The notes under the pieces: generated by a model
What the model was told of the DNA's origin: nothing
The model's database searches: none
What the model saw: the letters and a program-made list of their open reading frames with translations, nothing else
Shown: positions 42,259 to 56,972 of the stretch, piece by piece
Numbering within the stretch: the stretch's first letter is position 1
Layout of the letters: each line of letters starts with the position of its first letter
Position numbers and translations under genes: made by a program
Assembly (NCBI RefSeq): GCF_006345805.1
Contig: NC_043004.1
Location: forward strand, 67,332,001 to 67,396,000
DNA length: 64,000 bases
Direction: 5' to 3'
Origin: Octopus sinensis
Lineage: Eukaryota

Positions 42259-43828
42259 TATATAGACCTAACACACTCACACTGATTTTGGTGAAACAGC
42301 TTGAAATATACATAGAAATTAATCTTCTTAATATGAATTTTTTGTCGATAGACAATGAGTAGGATGCAGTTTACAAGCTAATTACAATTGCAGCAATGGA
42401 CGTTTGGAAAACAAATAACCGCTACAAAGCTAGGGAAAAACAGAATGCATTTATACCACCTACAACCAGTCATGAGCCAAAAACAATCAAAGTTAATGGG
42501 GTGAGTGACATCTAATCTCGCCAATACTTTCAGTAGAGAAGTATTTTGCCTCTGATCACAGAATCACAAATCATTTAAGAAGAATTCTCTAAATGGTGAG
42601 CAGACGATCATATCATCCAGTCTCGAAAAGTCATAACCAATACATGTTTTCTGAAGTAAATTTTATTCTAGGAACTGATTCAATATACTTATATTTTAGA
42701 GGTAATTGCCCTAAATTCTTCTGCCACGTTAGGCTCTGGATTTAAATGCTCAATATCATTTCGGATCGATCAGATGAAGTCCCAGTCCAGAAATACGTCC
42801 GAAGATACCCACTAACATTCTCCTCCTAGAAATACTTGCCTTCTAAAATATGAAAGAATAATTCTGATTATTGGCAAGGTGAATGACTTAGCGATGGGCA
42901 AATTTTTTGCAGCATTTATTCTAGCTCATTCTATTCCGATTTCTGTTCACTCCGAAGTCAACCTCCCGTCATCCTTCTACGAAGAAACATATACAGGGGC
43001 AGTCGAGTACTAGGACCATTAGTATGGACTATTCTTCTCTTGGCTAAATTACTGTACTTATGCCTAATAAATATTATTGTTACTTATGTTGCCAATGTTC
43101 AACAAGTTGAATAATTAACTAACTAATTGATTTTGTTGTATTTCTGGGTGGTCATGCTCCCCCACACACATGCACACACACATAAACACAACAACTGAAA
43201 GCGCCGCTGAAGGTGTCACAAATGTGTGACGAAAGATTTCCGCATAATAGTCAAGAGTTAAAGTAAAAATAAGAACAGTAAGAAACGAGTAAAGTATGAA
43301 TATATAGTTCGTGTGTTTATTTGACAGAAAAAAAATGACCTTCTTGAAATATAATGTTTGTTTCAACACGCGGATTCACATCAGGAATCTTACAACACAA
43401 ATTCATAAACGTAACTAATCTAGTGTTAGAAGAATAATTTCATAATCAAGTGGTTCGTTTGTTATAGCGGTTTCCACACAATTTGCAACGTTATAGATGG
43501 CGTGACCACGTCTGAAATGGTCATGCAGACCGAAGTATCTACGAATTGAATATTTCGTGTTCAGTAACATAGTGTGGACAACAGAGTGTCTGTGTCAGAA
43601 TTGGTACAGTGCTGGTCAATAAGTTTAGAGACACTACTTCTACTTCTCACCCTTTTATGTCGATTTAATACTGTGGTTTTATATATAAAAACTTACTTGG
43701 AAATGGATGTGTGACTGCAGTCATCTAATATATATAAATATAGGTATATATATATATATATATAATATATATATATATATACGTATATATGTATATATAC
43801 ATGCATATATGTACATACATCTAATATG

Positions 43829-43877
<49 letters not shown>

Positions 43878-43924
43878 TATAATATATGCATATATATTTA
43901 TAATAAATAAATAAATGCGCCCTT

Positions 43925-44160
43925 TTAAGCGTAGGAAGGCTCATGGGCCCTGTTTCCCGGTTTCTATGGCGTATGTCTTTTCCAGCTGGACGGGACGCTA
44001 GTCCATCGCAGCGATACTAATTTCTACCAGCTGAGTGGACTGGAGCAACGTGAAATGAGTGTATTTTGCTCAATAATGCAATGCGTCGCCTGGTCCAGGA
44101 ATAGTAACCATAATCTACAAATCATGATGCTGACACACTAACCCACTAAGCACGCGCCTC
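43925..44160 (-). mobile_element. Chimeric SINE (family B central domain plus family D tail)
   Basis: It contains ATTTCACGTTGCTCCAGTCCACTCAGCTG (family B) followed by CTGCGATGGACTAGCGTCCCGTCCAG...GAAACCGGGAAA (family D). Confidence 0.75.
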
Positions 44161-44274
44161 CACAATATATATATATATACATACATATTTATCGTATATA
44201 TATGTATGCGTATATAATATATACAATGCACATCATAGATATATTTTTATATATATATATATATATTATATATA

Positions 44275-44314
<40 letters not shown>

Positions 44315-44939
44315 TATATATATATGTATATATGGCAAACAGGAATATATGGCATGGCACTTTATGAATATATGAATATCTCGTGACCGAATCACGTCCT
44401 TCTAAATGGACCAGTCACAGCTTTGTGTCACCAATATGGCGTATACATTGCACTTGCATAATATGTCTGGCGTTCTTTTTTGTATAGAGAGGACAATCAG
44501 CATTGTACATAAGACCTAGATAAGTTAACCTCTACAACGTGCGATCGATATTGAATTCTTTATCATTTGACATGATCAAACTTCTATGCATTCAGTATGT
44601 AGCTTGAAGTAATAGTCAGAAACATTTGTGAATGAATGTATTTGAACATTTGACAAAATTGCATAGAAGAACGCGAAAAAGCGATTTTTTTTTATAGACA
44701 TGCCTTTCTGTAAACACGCCATTTCCCAATCAAATTTAGGTAAGCAGTCACACACATACACACTCCACAGTCTTACTCACGCAGAGACACACAAACACAC
44801 CGCGTGTAGGTACAAAATCACATCACAACGAAGAAACTTACATCGCGTGTGCATGTGGTGTGTCTTTATATATAATATAATAACTATATATATCTATATA
44901 TTATTATTATATATATATATATATATATATCTATATATA

Positions 44940-45005
44940 TATATACTGATAGATAGATAGTAGATAGTGATCATTAGATAATGATATAGAGACTATTATA
45001 TATAG

Positions 45006-45045
<40 letters not shown>

Positions 45046-45072
45046 TGCATATATATATATATATATATATTC

Positions 45073-45113
<41 letters not shown>

Positions 45114-45243
45114 TGATAGATAGATAGATAGATAGATATACAGAAATACAGACAGTTAGATATTGGACATATAGAGACATATACATATATAGACATTATG
45201 CTCATATAATATAAATATATATATATATATTATATAATATACA

Positions 45244-45300
<57 letters not shown>

Positions 45301-45434
45301 ATATCTATATATCACTGATAGATAGATAGATAGATGATATACAGAAATACAGACAGTTAGATAGTTGGACAGATAGAGACATATCTACATATAGACATAC
45401 ATGCTATATATATATATATATATTATATATATAT

Positions 45435-45478
<44 letters not shown>

Positions 45479-45640
45479 GCATATATATATATATATATAT
45501 TCTATATATATATATAGATACTATCAGATAGATAGTATCTACAGAAGACAGCAGTTAGATAGTGGACAGATAGAGAACATATAACATATATAGACATACT
45601 GCTCATATATTATATATATATATATAATTATTACTGCATA
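44940..45640. repeat. Degenerate tandem array with a ~200-bp unit embedded in (TA)n/(GATA)n
   Basis: The CAGAAATACAGACAGTTAGATA-like anchor recurs at 45141, 45342 and 45542, with a more decayed unit at ~44946. Confidence 0.8.
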
Positions 45641-45807
45641 TATATATACGTATATTTACATATATATATGAGTATATAAATACAAAAATATGTATTTTGT
45701 TGTGTGAGCAGTGTCTATATATTTGTCTTTGTGTGTGAATATATTTATTTATGCATGTCTACGTATATGTAGGTATACATATGCAAACAAGCATATATAA
45801 ATATATT

Positions 45808-45851
<44 letters not shown>

Positions 45852-46130
45852 ATCTCATACACTTATATATATATATATATATACATATATAATACTCACA
45901 CACACACACACATATACATATGAGTGTATATGCATACAGTCTCATCTACATACATATATTTATAAGCTATACGCCCACAAGCACATATGTATGTATGTGG
46001 ATGCATTGCTTATACTTAAGTATTTCTGTTTCTGTATAGGAAGTTCCTCTGTACAAAGTATTATGCCTCGAGCTTTGTATATCCTCGTTGTATGGAATAA
46101 ATTTTATTTTTTATTCTATTAAACCAACAG

Positions 46131-46232
46131 CTCTATCGGAAAGGCTTTTCTCTTTGAATTTGATGTCACAGGTTTCCTCTCCATATTTGAGTCTCCGTAT
46201 TATGATCACGTTTTTCACACAAATCTGTTAAC
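46131..46232 (+). CDS. Candidate exon (phase 2-2): SIGKAFLFEFDVTGFLSIFESPYYDHVFHTNLL
   Basis: Acceptor TTTTATTTTTTATTCTATTAAACCAACAG and donor AC|GTAAGT; 102 nt; one open frame. Confidence 0.4.
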
Positions 46233-47224
46233 GTAAGTAGTTAGAGTCAACCCAAGGAGCGAGGCTTGTGGGTGGTGTCTTGTAGGAACCGCTATTTTTA
46301 TTGTAAATTCTAACAAAGAGAGAATAAATTAATCGCGCTCTCCAAGAATAATAATAAGATATTATCAGTTCCAAGGGGACCACATAGATGGGTCTGCTAT
46401 GAACAACCCGTAATTAAAAGCTGAAGGAATATATTTGAAGTTTGTAGAATGATTTCCTCGATATTTCTAATACCAGACCTCAATGATCACGAAGTCACCC
46501 TAGTAATCTACGTCGTTACATCCACAATGATGAGAGCAATAAAATCAAGGATTCGGAAGCAATGAGAGTCGAAACGTGGGGTGAGTTCATTGATTTAGGA
46601 TTGAGAAGATGATATCAAGCTGCCTGTTGTTTAAGTGAATTGCAATTTGGTGTAGTACAACTCGGAGAGGAACCCGGATTATGGGGCAGGACTATCATTT
46701 GTCATACACATACAGACATACGCGCGCATATATTTATTTTTAATAACTGGGCGAGAATATTTGCATATGTCTCGAACTAAATTCCTACTCTGTTAGTGTA
46801 CATGTCATATACATGGACCGCAGAGCCTTCACATGAACAGATTTTTAATTATCCGTCTCTTTATTTGTGAACACGTGAAAATCAGTCTAGCTATCGTTCA
46901 CGAAGCAGAGACATGCTAACCTACTGCATATTTAATCGATTTTCAATTCTCGACCTTAGAACTTGCACAACTTCAGAAGTGTGTCTACATTAGCTGTCGT
47001 TGTCAGAAACACATGCTTTGATTCAGATTTGGCTCAAGAGAGAAAATCTATACTCAGATAAAGGTGACAGTCATTCTTCAGCGAACACACACATATATAT
47101 ACACATTTAAACATTCATAGCCTCACACATGTATCTACACACAGAATTAGGGGGCGCGTGAAAACATATTGCTTCTTGTATATGTGTTTGTACATATATA
47201 TTATATATATATATATAATATATG

Positions 47225-47261
<37 letters not shown>

Positions 47262-47479
47262 CTATATATATATAGATATATATATATATATATATACAGA
47301 TATATGAATGTATATGTATACAAATGTGTGTAAGTATATGCATACGTTATGTATGAATCTATGTATGTATGTATGCTAGTGCATATGTGTTTCTATGCGT
47401 GCGAGCGTATTTATGTGTGTATAAAGTGGTTTAATCTAATATCGTGCGCTAAACCACGTCTTGTATCTTGGTAAGACGA

Positions 47480-48330
47480 TTTACTCAATAGAACACATGT
47501 GATTATATCTTACATTTCGATAGCATTTCGGTCAAAATGCTAAACAGCATCTTTTCCGGCTCTTTACGTTCTGATGTCAAATCTGCCGGGTTGTATATTA
47601 CATTTCTATTTTTGGGGTCGGTAAATTGGAATACCTGCGAAGTACTGGGGTCGATGTAATCGGTTAACCACCTTCCTTCAAAAGGGTTGCTTTTGTCACG
47701 AAATTTGACGTTAATGTGTCAAGTAATTTGCTTGGCAACATTTCTTCCGACCTCATGTTCTAAGTTCAAATTACACCTAGGTCGACTTTGCCTTCCATAC
47801 TTTCATAATTGCTAAAGTAAGTACTGTTTGAACGCTGAGAACGGTGAAGACGATTGGACCCCTCCCCTAAAATACTTTACCGCACGCCAAAATTTGAGGA
47901 TAAAGGCGTCGAGCTGGTCGAATAGTTAGCACGCTGGACGGCATGCTTAGTGGCGCTTCGCTTGTCGCTCCATTCTGAGTTCAAATTCCGCCGAGGTCAA
48001 CCTTGCCTTTCATCCTTTTGGGGTCGATGAAATAAGCACCAGTCAAGTGCATGTGTTGATGCAATCGATTAGTCTCCTTCCCCAGATTTCAGGCCTTGTG
48101 CCTTTAGTAGAAAGGATTATAAATACAGGGGGATGACAAAATTGTTAGCAGCACGAACAAAATGCTTAACAGCATTTCTTCTCGCTTTACATTCCAAAGT
48201 CGAATTCCACCAAGGACTTCGTTGTCTTTAGTCATTTAACAGTCAATATGATAAGTACCTAGATCGGGGTCGATATTACAGAATAGTTCGCTATCCCTAA
48301 AAATCCAGGCCAGGTGCCTATAACAGAAAG
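47480..48330 (+). mobile_element. Cluster of about six family A SINE copies or fragments
   Basis: Repeated TTCAAATT...GTCGA...AAGTAC...GGGGTCGAT segments, all in the same orientation. Confidence 0.8.
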
Positions 48331-48499
48331 AATTATTATTACCAATACCTCTGATTTTCATTTTTTCATATATCACTGTAGTCATACTATAGTTCTGAAA
48401 TTATAAAAGATTATATAGCACGATATCCCTCTCCATATAATAAGTGCTGTACCTCCTAGGTTTATCGTTTGTTGTTAGGTAGAGTGATGCTTTACTTGA

Positions 48500-49250
48500 T
48501 TTTGCTTAAGAATGTTTCCTCGTCAATTTGAGAAAACTATGTTTCCGAACACATATGTTATGGATTGGCGTAACATTTTGTACATGCCACAGATCTCAAT
48601 ATCTAGAACCTTATATTCAGAATTGCTTGCAATGAACTTAACTAAGATGTTTCAATCACTTGAAACTTTCAAAGCAGCAGACATATTTTCCTTTGCTTAT
48701 TTAATTATGACTTCTGACTTATTTGCATTGCTTCCCCTCTCTATCTGCACGGGCACGCTTCATAAGGTTGGATCTATTGTCATTCTTAGCAACTGTTACT
48801 AGATTGTGATCATATCTTTTTTAATCTGCTGTAATATTTATTATATTCCCTGCATATCATCCATTGTATAGTTACTGCTCTCATATTGTACGTATATTCG
48901 GTGTTTGCAATTAATCAGTAACTGGCAATGGTGGAATATGGGATCTCATCCAAAATTCCGCATGACGTACTCATTAGATCCTTGCCAGACACCCTACTTC
49001 CAATGGTGCAATGAACAATGTCAAAGAATTCGACCTTGAATGGCAATAAATAAGCCATCTGTCTCGACCTTGATTCCATCACATTTAAGACAAAGTTTTC
49101 CCTCTCGTTTGCTAATATCACGCGCCTTAAGCTTTTGATGATAATCCTCACGCTTAACTATTCCACCCTCACAGTTTCTTCTAAATTGTTACTAACTATT
49201 TTTATCTCGTTCCCCCTGTTTACCTTTTACTGGTTAAAAAATAGTTCTTT
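48500..49250 (-). mobile_element. Possible very old non-LTR retrotransposon remnant
   Basis: Minus-strand patches EYNKYYSRLKKI and SITYVFGNIVF weakly resemble the R4-type RT C-terminus. There are many stops. Confidence 0.25.
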
Positions 49251-49655
49251 TGTTCATGCAGAGATATTCAGTTTTTGTGAGAAACTTTTCATCTCTTTTA
49301 GGATACACATTCTACCGTGGTCATGATTTCTCGAAGGATGTTTTGTGTCGTTGGGTGTCAGTTATCTCAGGCGATGTAGTTGAACTTAAAGCTTAGTCCA
49401 ACTTGTACTAAGACTCCCACTTTCCTCAGTTATGTGAGGTTGCACCCAACAAACACACATACATACACACACACATACACAAACACACACACACTCTCTC
49501 TTTCTCTCTCTCACTCACACACACACACATACACAAATACAAACATTTGTGTAAATAAGATATAACATGTGGAATTATAAATACAAGCGTACATTTCTGT
49601 GAAATAATACGTCTGTATATATCTATGCATGCATAAATGTGTATTATGCGCGTGC

Positions 49656-49695
<40 letters not shown>

Positions 49696-49952
49696 TATCT
49701 ATATATATATATATATACATGTGTGTGAGGGCGTGTGAGAGAGCGCGTTTGTGTGTGTAGATATATACACGCACACACATATATATCAAAATTGTTGTGT
49801 TGTATGTGATTTCTTTCCATAAATAAATGAACAAATATACATACATATATATATATATATACCGGAATAAGCACATAAATGTGAAACATGGTGGGAAAAA
49901 GAGTACTCAAATACCAGAGGTAGAGTAATATATATATATATATATATACGTG

Positions 49953-49987
<35 letters not shown>

Positions 49988-50298
49988 TTACACATACACG
50001 TATATATATGTTTGTATATGCATATATATATATATATATATACATGTACATACATGTATATACACATATGTACATATTTATCTTTTACTTGCTTCAGGTA
50101 TTCGGCTCTGGCCATGCAGGGACAGCTTCTTGTTGGGTTTTAATCTAACATATTAACCCAATGGTTTAGTTTCTTTTAGAACATAATAGCTATTCTATCC
50201 TTCTGATTTGCAAAACCGTTAGCTTAAGGGGACGTAAACAAACCAAACACAGGTTGTGAAGCGCGCGGCGGTCGGTCCCCCCCAAAAAAAAACATACA

Positions 50299-50361
<63 letters not shown>

Positions 50362-50484
50362 TATATACATATATATGATCATATATTATATATATATACA
50401 ATATATGATCATATATATATATATATATATATACATATATATGATCATATATATATATGATCACTAGCTAGCTAGCTAGCTAGC

Positions 50485-50516
<32 letters not shown>

Positions 50517-50521
50517 GATAG

Positions 50522-50629
<108 letters not shown>

Positions 50630-51949
50630 AATACGCGTATATATCTCTATATATTTATATATAAATATAAATACATGTATACAAGGTAGTACATGGGTAT
50701 ACAGAAATATATACACACAAACAAATATGTTTGTGTGCTTCTGTGTGCCTGTGTTGTATGTATCTGAATGTGAGTGTATTCATATCTGTGCTAGAATGTG
50801 GGTGTCTGTGTGTGTGCATGGGTGTGCACGTGTTTGTATGTAGAAGTATTTCTTTTCGTACGTTTTGCCATTACCTTTAGATTTTTGCCAGCCAGTTTAT
50901 GTATGAGTGGAGTGTGGTGTTTGTCTGTGTCTGTGTCTGTTTTTTGCCTATGAGTGTGTTTGTGCCTCTGTGTGTGTGTGTGTGTGTGTGTGTGAGGTTT
51001 ACTGTCTGCATATATTTGTGCAGCTGTATACAAGTGACTGGCAAGCATGCATCAAATAATGCATCGGTGAGTCACCAACGACATCACGGAAGTCAAATAT
51101 AGCGTTGAGTATGGCGGAGGGGAGAGACTGTAACCGTAAAGACAAGGTAGAAAGCTAAGCTAGACGTGTGTGTATGTTTGTATTCATGTGTGTGTGTGTG
51201 TTTGTGGTGTGTTTGTGTGTGTGTGTGCGTGTGTGTGGCAGTATGCTGGAACAGTCTGGGATTGATGGCATGATGTGGCTAGGGAAGTCTGGGTGACTGT
51301 GCTGGTAGTAGTAGTAGTGGTGATGCAGTCTGGAAATTGCATTGGTGTTGGGGTTGGTGTTGGTGTCGATGGCGGGATCTGGAGTTAGTGATGCTGCTGG
51401 AGCTGGTGATAAAGTCATCTGGAGACGGGAAGCTGTTGTGACGTTGCAGTCGTGTTGCCTACTTTAGAGGGATCGTGTCGTGTGTTGCATTTGTTGTCAT
51501 GATTATAGTGATGGCGGTGCTGGTGTTGTTATTGTTGTTTGTGGAGACGGTGGTTGTATTGGTGTTAGTGGTGATGGTGGTGATACAATCATCACTGCCA
51601 TATCGCAGTTCACCTATCGCGCCCTCAATACATCGCGAATTTTTCTGGCTAATATATGTAAATACACGTGGCACACTCCTCAGCGTGTTGCGGGCTTCTG
51701 CGGCCGATAGGTATTTATATTCTTTCAGATTTTAGTTATTTCTGTGGTAAAATAAGCATTTTCACGCCAAAAAATGTGTGAATTAATAAATATAATTGGA
51801 GTACAGTACAACACTGTGTAACACATTAATTAAAATATATTAAAAGAAAATACGTAGTGTGCCGTAGATGATTAAAGAAAGAATCGCACATACTGAATGG
51901 AAAAGAAAAATTGGGTAGCGACTGTATGGTGTTGTTTGCATTTATAATA

Positions 51950-52074
51950 AAATCAGTCATTTGACTGCGGTCATGCTGAGGAGCACGCTTTAGTCGGGCA
52001 AATCGACCACTGGACTTATCTTTGTAAGCTTGGTACTTATTCTATCGGTCTCTTTTGTCGAACCGCTAAGTTAC
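51950..52074 (-). mobile_element. SINE family C, cut by the assembly gap (other copies at 2125-2330, 14180-14370, 50080-50270, 52655-52780, 53418-53485, 57075-57280)
   Basis: CAGTCATTTGACTGCGGTCATGCTG...GTCGGGCAAATCGACC...GTACTTATTCTATCGGTCTCTTTTGTCGAACCGCTAAGTTAC. The sense strand ends in an AAAAGAGT-type tail. Confidence 0.85.
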
Positions 52075-52174
52075 NNNNNNNNNNNNNNNNNNNNNNNNNN
52101 NNNNNNNNNNNNNNNNNNNNNNNNNNNNNNNNNNNNNNNNNNNNNNNNNNNNNNNNNNNNNNNNNNNNNNNNNN
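52075..52174. other. Assembly gap, exactly 100 N
   Basis: Run of n. A fixed length of 100 suggests a scaffolding placeholder of unknown true size. Confidence 0.99.
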
Positions 52175-52324
52175 CTTATTCCTTTGGAAGTGTTGTGGTG
52201 GACGGAAGATGAAAAAATGAAGAAAAAAACCGTCGCCATCAGCGTGTGTATACGTATGTATATATATAAATATATATATATACGTGTATATATATAAGAT
52301 ATATATATATAGTATATATATAGT

Positions 52325-52359
<35 letters not shown>

Positions 52360-52460
52360 GCATACAGATATACTATATATGCTACAGATATACATATATA
52401 TATTATATATATACATACATACATACATCCACTACATACATACATACATAATATACACAC

Positions 52461-52504
<44 letters not shown>

Positions 52505-53482
52505 GGTGTGTGTGATTGTGTCACCTTTCATTTTTGCGTGACCTATTGTGCGCGTTCACGTGTGTACTTGCATTTCTGCCCCACCAAACATACGATGTTA
52601 GTTTGTTTATGTTCGCATAACATAGCGTCCGGCGGCAAATGGGACCCATAGAATATGTACCAGACTGAAAAATTAATAAGTACCGGGGTCGAGATCTACA
52701 ACTAAACCCCTTCGCGACACTGCTCCAGCATGGCCGCAGTCCAAAGCCTACAACAAGCGAAACAGAAAGACTGAAACATATATATATGAATATGGTGGTA
52801 TACTTATATATACACACATATATAGATGTGTGTCCGTGTACGTGTTTGTGTGTGTGTATGTGTATGTGTGTCTGTGTGTCTGTGTGAGGGGCGGTTATGA
52901 AGTATGTGTGTGTTTGTATCTCCTAGATTTCCCATATATGTGTATCTGTGTGATTTGCATTCCTGTTGAAAATGTTACTGTGGAAGCAGGCATTATCGTG
53001 TGGTTAAAAAAAGTGGGTCTGGAGCCAGAAGTTTACTGGTTTACCATCACTGCGTCTCACTACATGGTATCTACGACTAATGACTATTACTTCAGCTTTG
53101 GCTCAACCCAAGCAAAGTGTATGAAATCTGTGACACAACAGCTGTTTCGAACAACATTGCATCAGTTATGCATTACATCCAAAGAGGATTTGCAGTTTGT
53201 TAGTGTTTCGTATAGGTTTTAGGCTGAGACTTGCATTGTGATCGGAGGAACAAGCAAATATCACATTTTAGGTAGTTTTTTTTAATATATTTTGTATGTG
53301 TATTGCATAAACTGTACGCGCTATCTCTCTCTCTCTTTCTCTCTCCACCTTCTCTCTCAACAACACACACACACCACACATAATAAATTAAATATAACTA
53401 CACAAACACATATCAATCGCAGTACCCCAGCGCGGCCACAGCCTCAAGGCTGAAACATATAAAAGAGTAAAACAATAAAAGA

Positions 53483-53513
<31 letters not shown>

Positions 53514-53519
53514 ATATAT

Positions 53520-53554
<35 letters not shown>

Positions 53555-53603
53555 GTCTGTATGTATACACATAATTCTATATATGTATATATGTATGTGT
53601 GTA

Positions 53604-53725
53604 TCACCGTGATCACCCAGACCGACCAGGCTATCAGATGTTGCTACACATCGCTGCTCACAATGCGCTTCGCATTATTTTAGCCTTCGAATGACGCCAC
53701 CCCGCTGGCTAAGCGAGTAGGCCAA
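53604..53725. mobile_element. Short GC-rich interspersed repeat between microsatellites
   Basis: Single in-window copy with internal hairpins (AATGCG-ctt-CGCATT; TGGC...GCCA). I recall it as a common octopus repeat but cannot verify that here. Confidence 0.4.
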
Positions 53726-54003
53726 TATATATATATATATATATGCACGCACACACGCAGGAAAGCTTTCTACTGTATGTGTGTGTGCATAAATATATGA
53801 GTGTATCGTGTAGGTTTGCAGTTTAGTGCATGAGTGTATACACATACATACGCATACACCTGTACAGATTCACCCACGCAGAGGAAGAGCGGGAAAGAAA
53901 TAATCAAGCTAACCAGACAAACTGGGCACGCACCCAAGTACATATACGCACACATACAGATACTCACACACAGATAGACACAATAGATAGATATATAGGT
54001 AGG

Positions 54004-54046
<43 letters not shown>

Positions 54047-54063
54047 GATGGATGGATGGATGA

Positions 54064-54117
<54 letters not shown>

Positions 54118-54118
54118 G

Positions 54119-54167
<49 letters not shown>

Positions 54168-54176
54168 GTAGGTAGG

Positions 54177-54231
<55 letters not shown>

Positions 54232-54268
54232 ATAGGTAGGTAGGTAGGTAGATCGGTAGGTAGGTAGG

Positions 54269-54355
<87 letters not shown>

Positions 54356-54850
54356 GGACAATCATATATAATGATGGAAAGAAAATAAAAGTGAATTGAC
54401 AGATAAATATGCTATTTGAGACAGCAGAGTTGCTTGGTTACTGTGGTGACGAAGATGCGGCGACTCTAATGACATAGCCATCAACGACAGAAAATAGTAG
54501 TAGTTGCAGCTCCAGTGACAGTTGTAATAGTAGCAGCATCACAGCAAAACTACATCAGTAACAACAACTACAACAAACAGATAAAGGTAAACATTTATGG
54601 AAGAATCTAGTAAGATCTGATATCTGTAGTATTGAATTCCTGTTCAAATCCTAGCCTTATATTATATTTAACAAATACCTGAAGGACATATTGAGTAATG
54701 TCGTCCAAGATACATTATTTTTATGAAAGGATGAGAGAAAGATTATAAACTAAAAGAGAAAAGCAGAAAGGAAATAAGAAAAAAATATGATGTTAGTAGA
54801 AGCTGCAACTCAATTCGAATCTCCAATATATATACATGTATATATATAAC

Positions 54851-54895
<45 letters not shown>

Positions 54896-54899
54896 ATAT

Positions 54900-54950
<51 letters not shown>

Positions 54951-55346
54951 ATATATATAAATATATGGAGTTAAAATACTTTGTATTAACTAATAGTAAA
55001 TGCATTGCTGTTATATATATTGACGTATATATAGAGCAACTCCATCTATGCGAGCTTAAAATTCAGTAAGTAAAAGCAAGGGAGATAAATTCAGTATTCA
55101 TAGTCATCTGCTGGTTTTATTATAGCGGAATTGTCTAAAGTGTCAACTTGTTGAGGAAAGAGACCTGGTTCGAAAGGAGTAGCTACTTTTAGCGACAGGT
55201 GGTCTGTAGCAATATATTAATATTATAAACAATGTTGTTTAGAAGCCTTCTCCAGGGAAGCATTCTCCACAATAAATACATATAGGTTATTGTGTTAAAT
55301 GTACAATACAATAAATTGGAAAGTCTTGGTCCAACTTAGATTATTG

Positions 55347-55566
55347 TACGAGGGTGTGGTGAAAGGTTCTGGCCTCGAGTAAAAGAAAATACGGGAGTAT
55401 CTTAATTATTATTTTTATTTAACATGTTTTCTTCATAGATACGCACACTTAGTGCCAAGGTTCCTTCTGTTTTTCTAATCCCTGTAAATGAATACTGACG
55501 GTTGGGTCTCAAACCAGACCTATCGCGACACCCTTAAAGCTGAGAAATTTTCAGTACACCCTCGCA
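55347..55566. mobile_element. Mariner-type MITE
   Basis: The TIRs are CGAGGGTGTGGTGAAA (55349) and TTTTCAGTACACCCTCG (ending 55564). The left flank is TA and the right flank CA (a mutated TA TSD). The element is ~216 bp with no ORF. Confidence 0.75.
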
Positions 55567-56911
55567 CAATTATAAGATAAAAAGGCCCTCAAAATATGCT
55601 GGTGGTGTGTCCGATTAATCATCGCTCTAATCTAGGTTTATGTGACAGCAAAACTATATCGTGAACACCACATAACCAACATAAGAGACTAAAAGGAAAT
55701 TAAACTTCAACCAGAAGTGACCAACACGATCCTCTGTGTAATTACCAAATTTATCAATGAAATTAATGAAACTGTACAATGTAAGAACTAAAGAATCTAT
55801 GTGTGTGATTGACGAGTCAGAATTAATAGCTAAATCGACCTCTGATCAAACCCTCCATGGGAAGAATAAAGGACAAATTTCATAATATGATATATATTCA
55901 CGATGTACAAAAATGATATTGGTGTTGACTAGAAAGAATTCTATCAGTACCGTTATTGCACACGTCTCCCCGTTTGAACACTAATAATCCTCAATACACC
56001 CAAGCATTTTGATAAAATAACTACCAGTTGCATACCGTGGTCGATGTAACCGACATTTTACCTCCCCCGAAACGGCTGGCCTATTGTCAAAATTTGAAGC
56101 TAATATATTCAAACTTTGTCTTAGATCCCCGATAGTTCAGGATCATTGACAAGTTGTACATACTGTACCCACTTTCATCAATTTAATCAAAGTTTTGTTC
56201 CATCTACGCTGCTGCAAACAATGATAAAACGCACGAACTGACAGAATGGATAGTGCGTCAGACAATGTGTTATTATCTAAAGGTTAAACCCTACCAATAA
56301 CAATTTTCCTTTCTTCATTTCTAGATGGATAAAAATAAAGAACCAGTCAAGTGTTTGGTATTGAAACAATTAAATGAAAGAATCGTTTGGTAGTCGGACA
56401 AATTATTGCAATATTTATCTACGGCTATTCATATTCTCCGTTGAGAGGTTGTTAAAAAATGTTACTTATCGTGTACCGAACCACGCCATAGACTAACTCC
56501 TCACCCGTAACTTTCTTGTCTTCTGTCTATGACAGACCAATTATAAATTAACGGAACATTTGGATAACAGAATTCGCATATGCGGTTATGGCCTTATGCG
56601 TGTATGTTTGTGTGTGTGTGTGTGTGTTCCGAATTAAAATGCCGAGTGCGCAATTATACCGTTCCTTCTTCCGGGTAGATAAATGATACAATCAGGAACG
56701 TGATTTAATTGGCGAGCTTCTCCCTTCCAATATTCACATTGCCGCTAGGTTAGAAATTATGTAGCGACGGTGGCGGTGAGGTAAGAAGTTTGCTTCCCAA
56801 CCACACGGGTCTGTGTTCTGTCTTGCAACGTAGCACCTTCGATTTAACTAAGCCTCGTGAAAGGATTAGTTAAACTGAAACTAAGAGACACATCGGGTAT
56901 ATAAATATATG

Positions 56912-56972
<61 letters not shown>

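Noticed and set aside
43605-43634. Tc1-like terminus TA-CAGTGCTGGTCAATAAGTTTAGAGACAC
   Set aside because: I found no partner inverted repeat or transposase, so it is at most a solo end.
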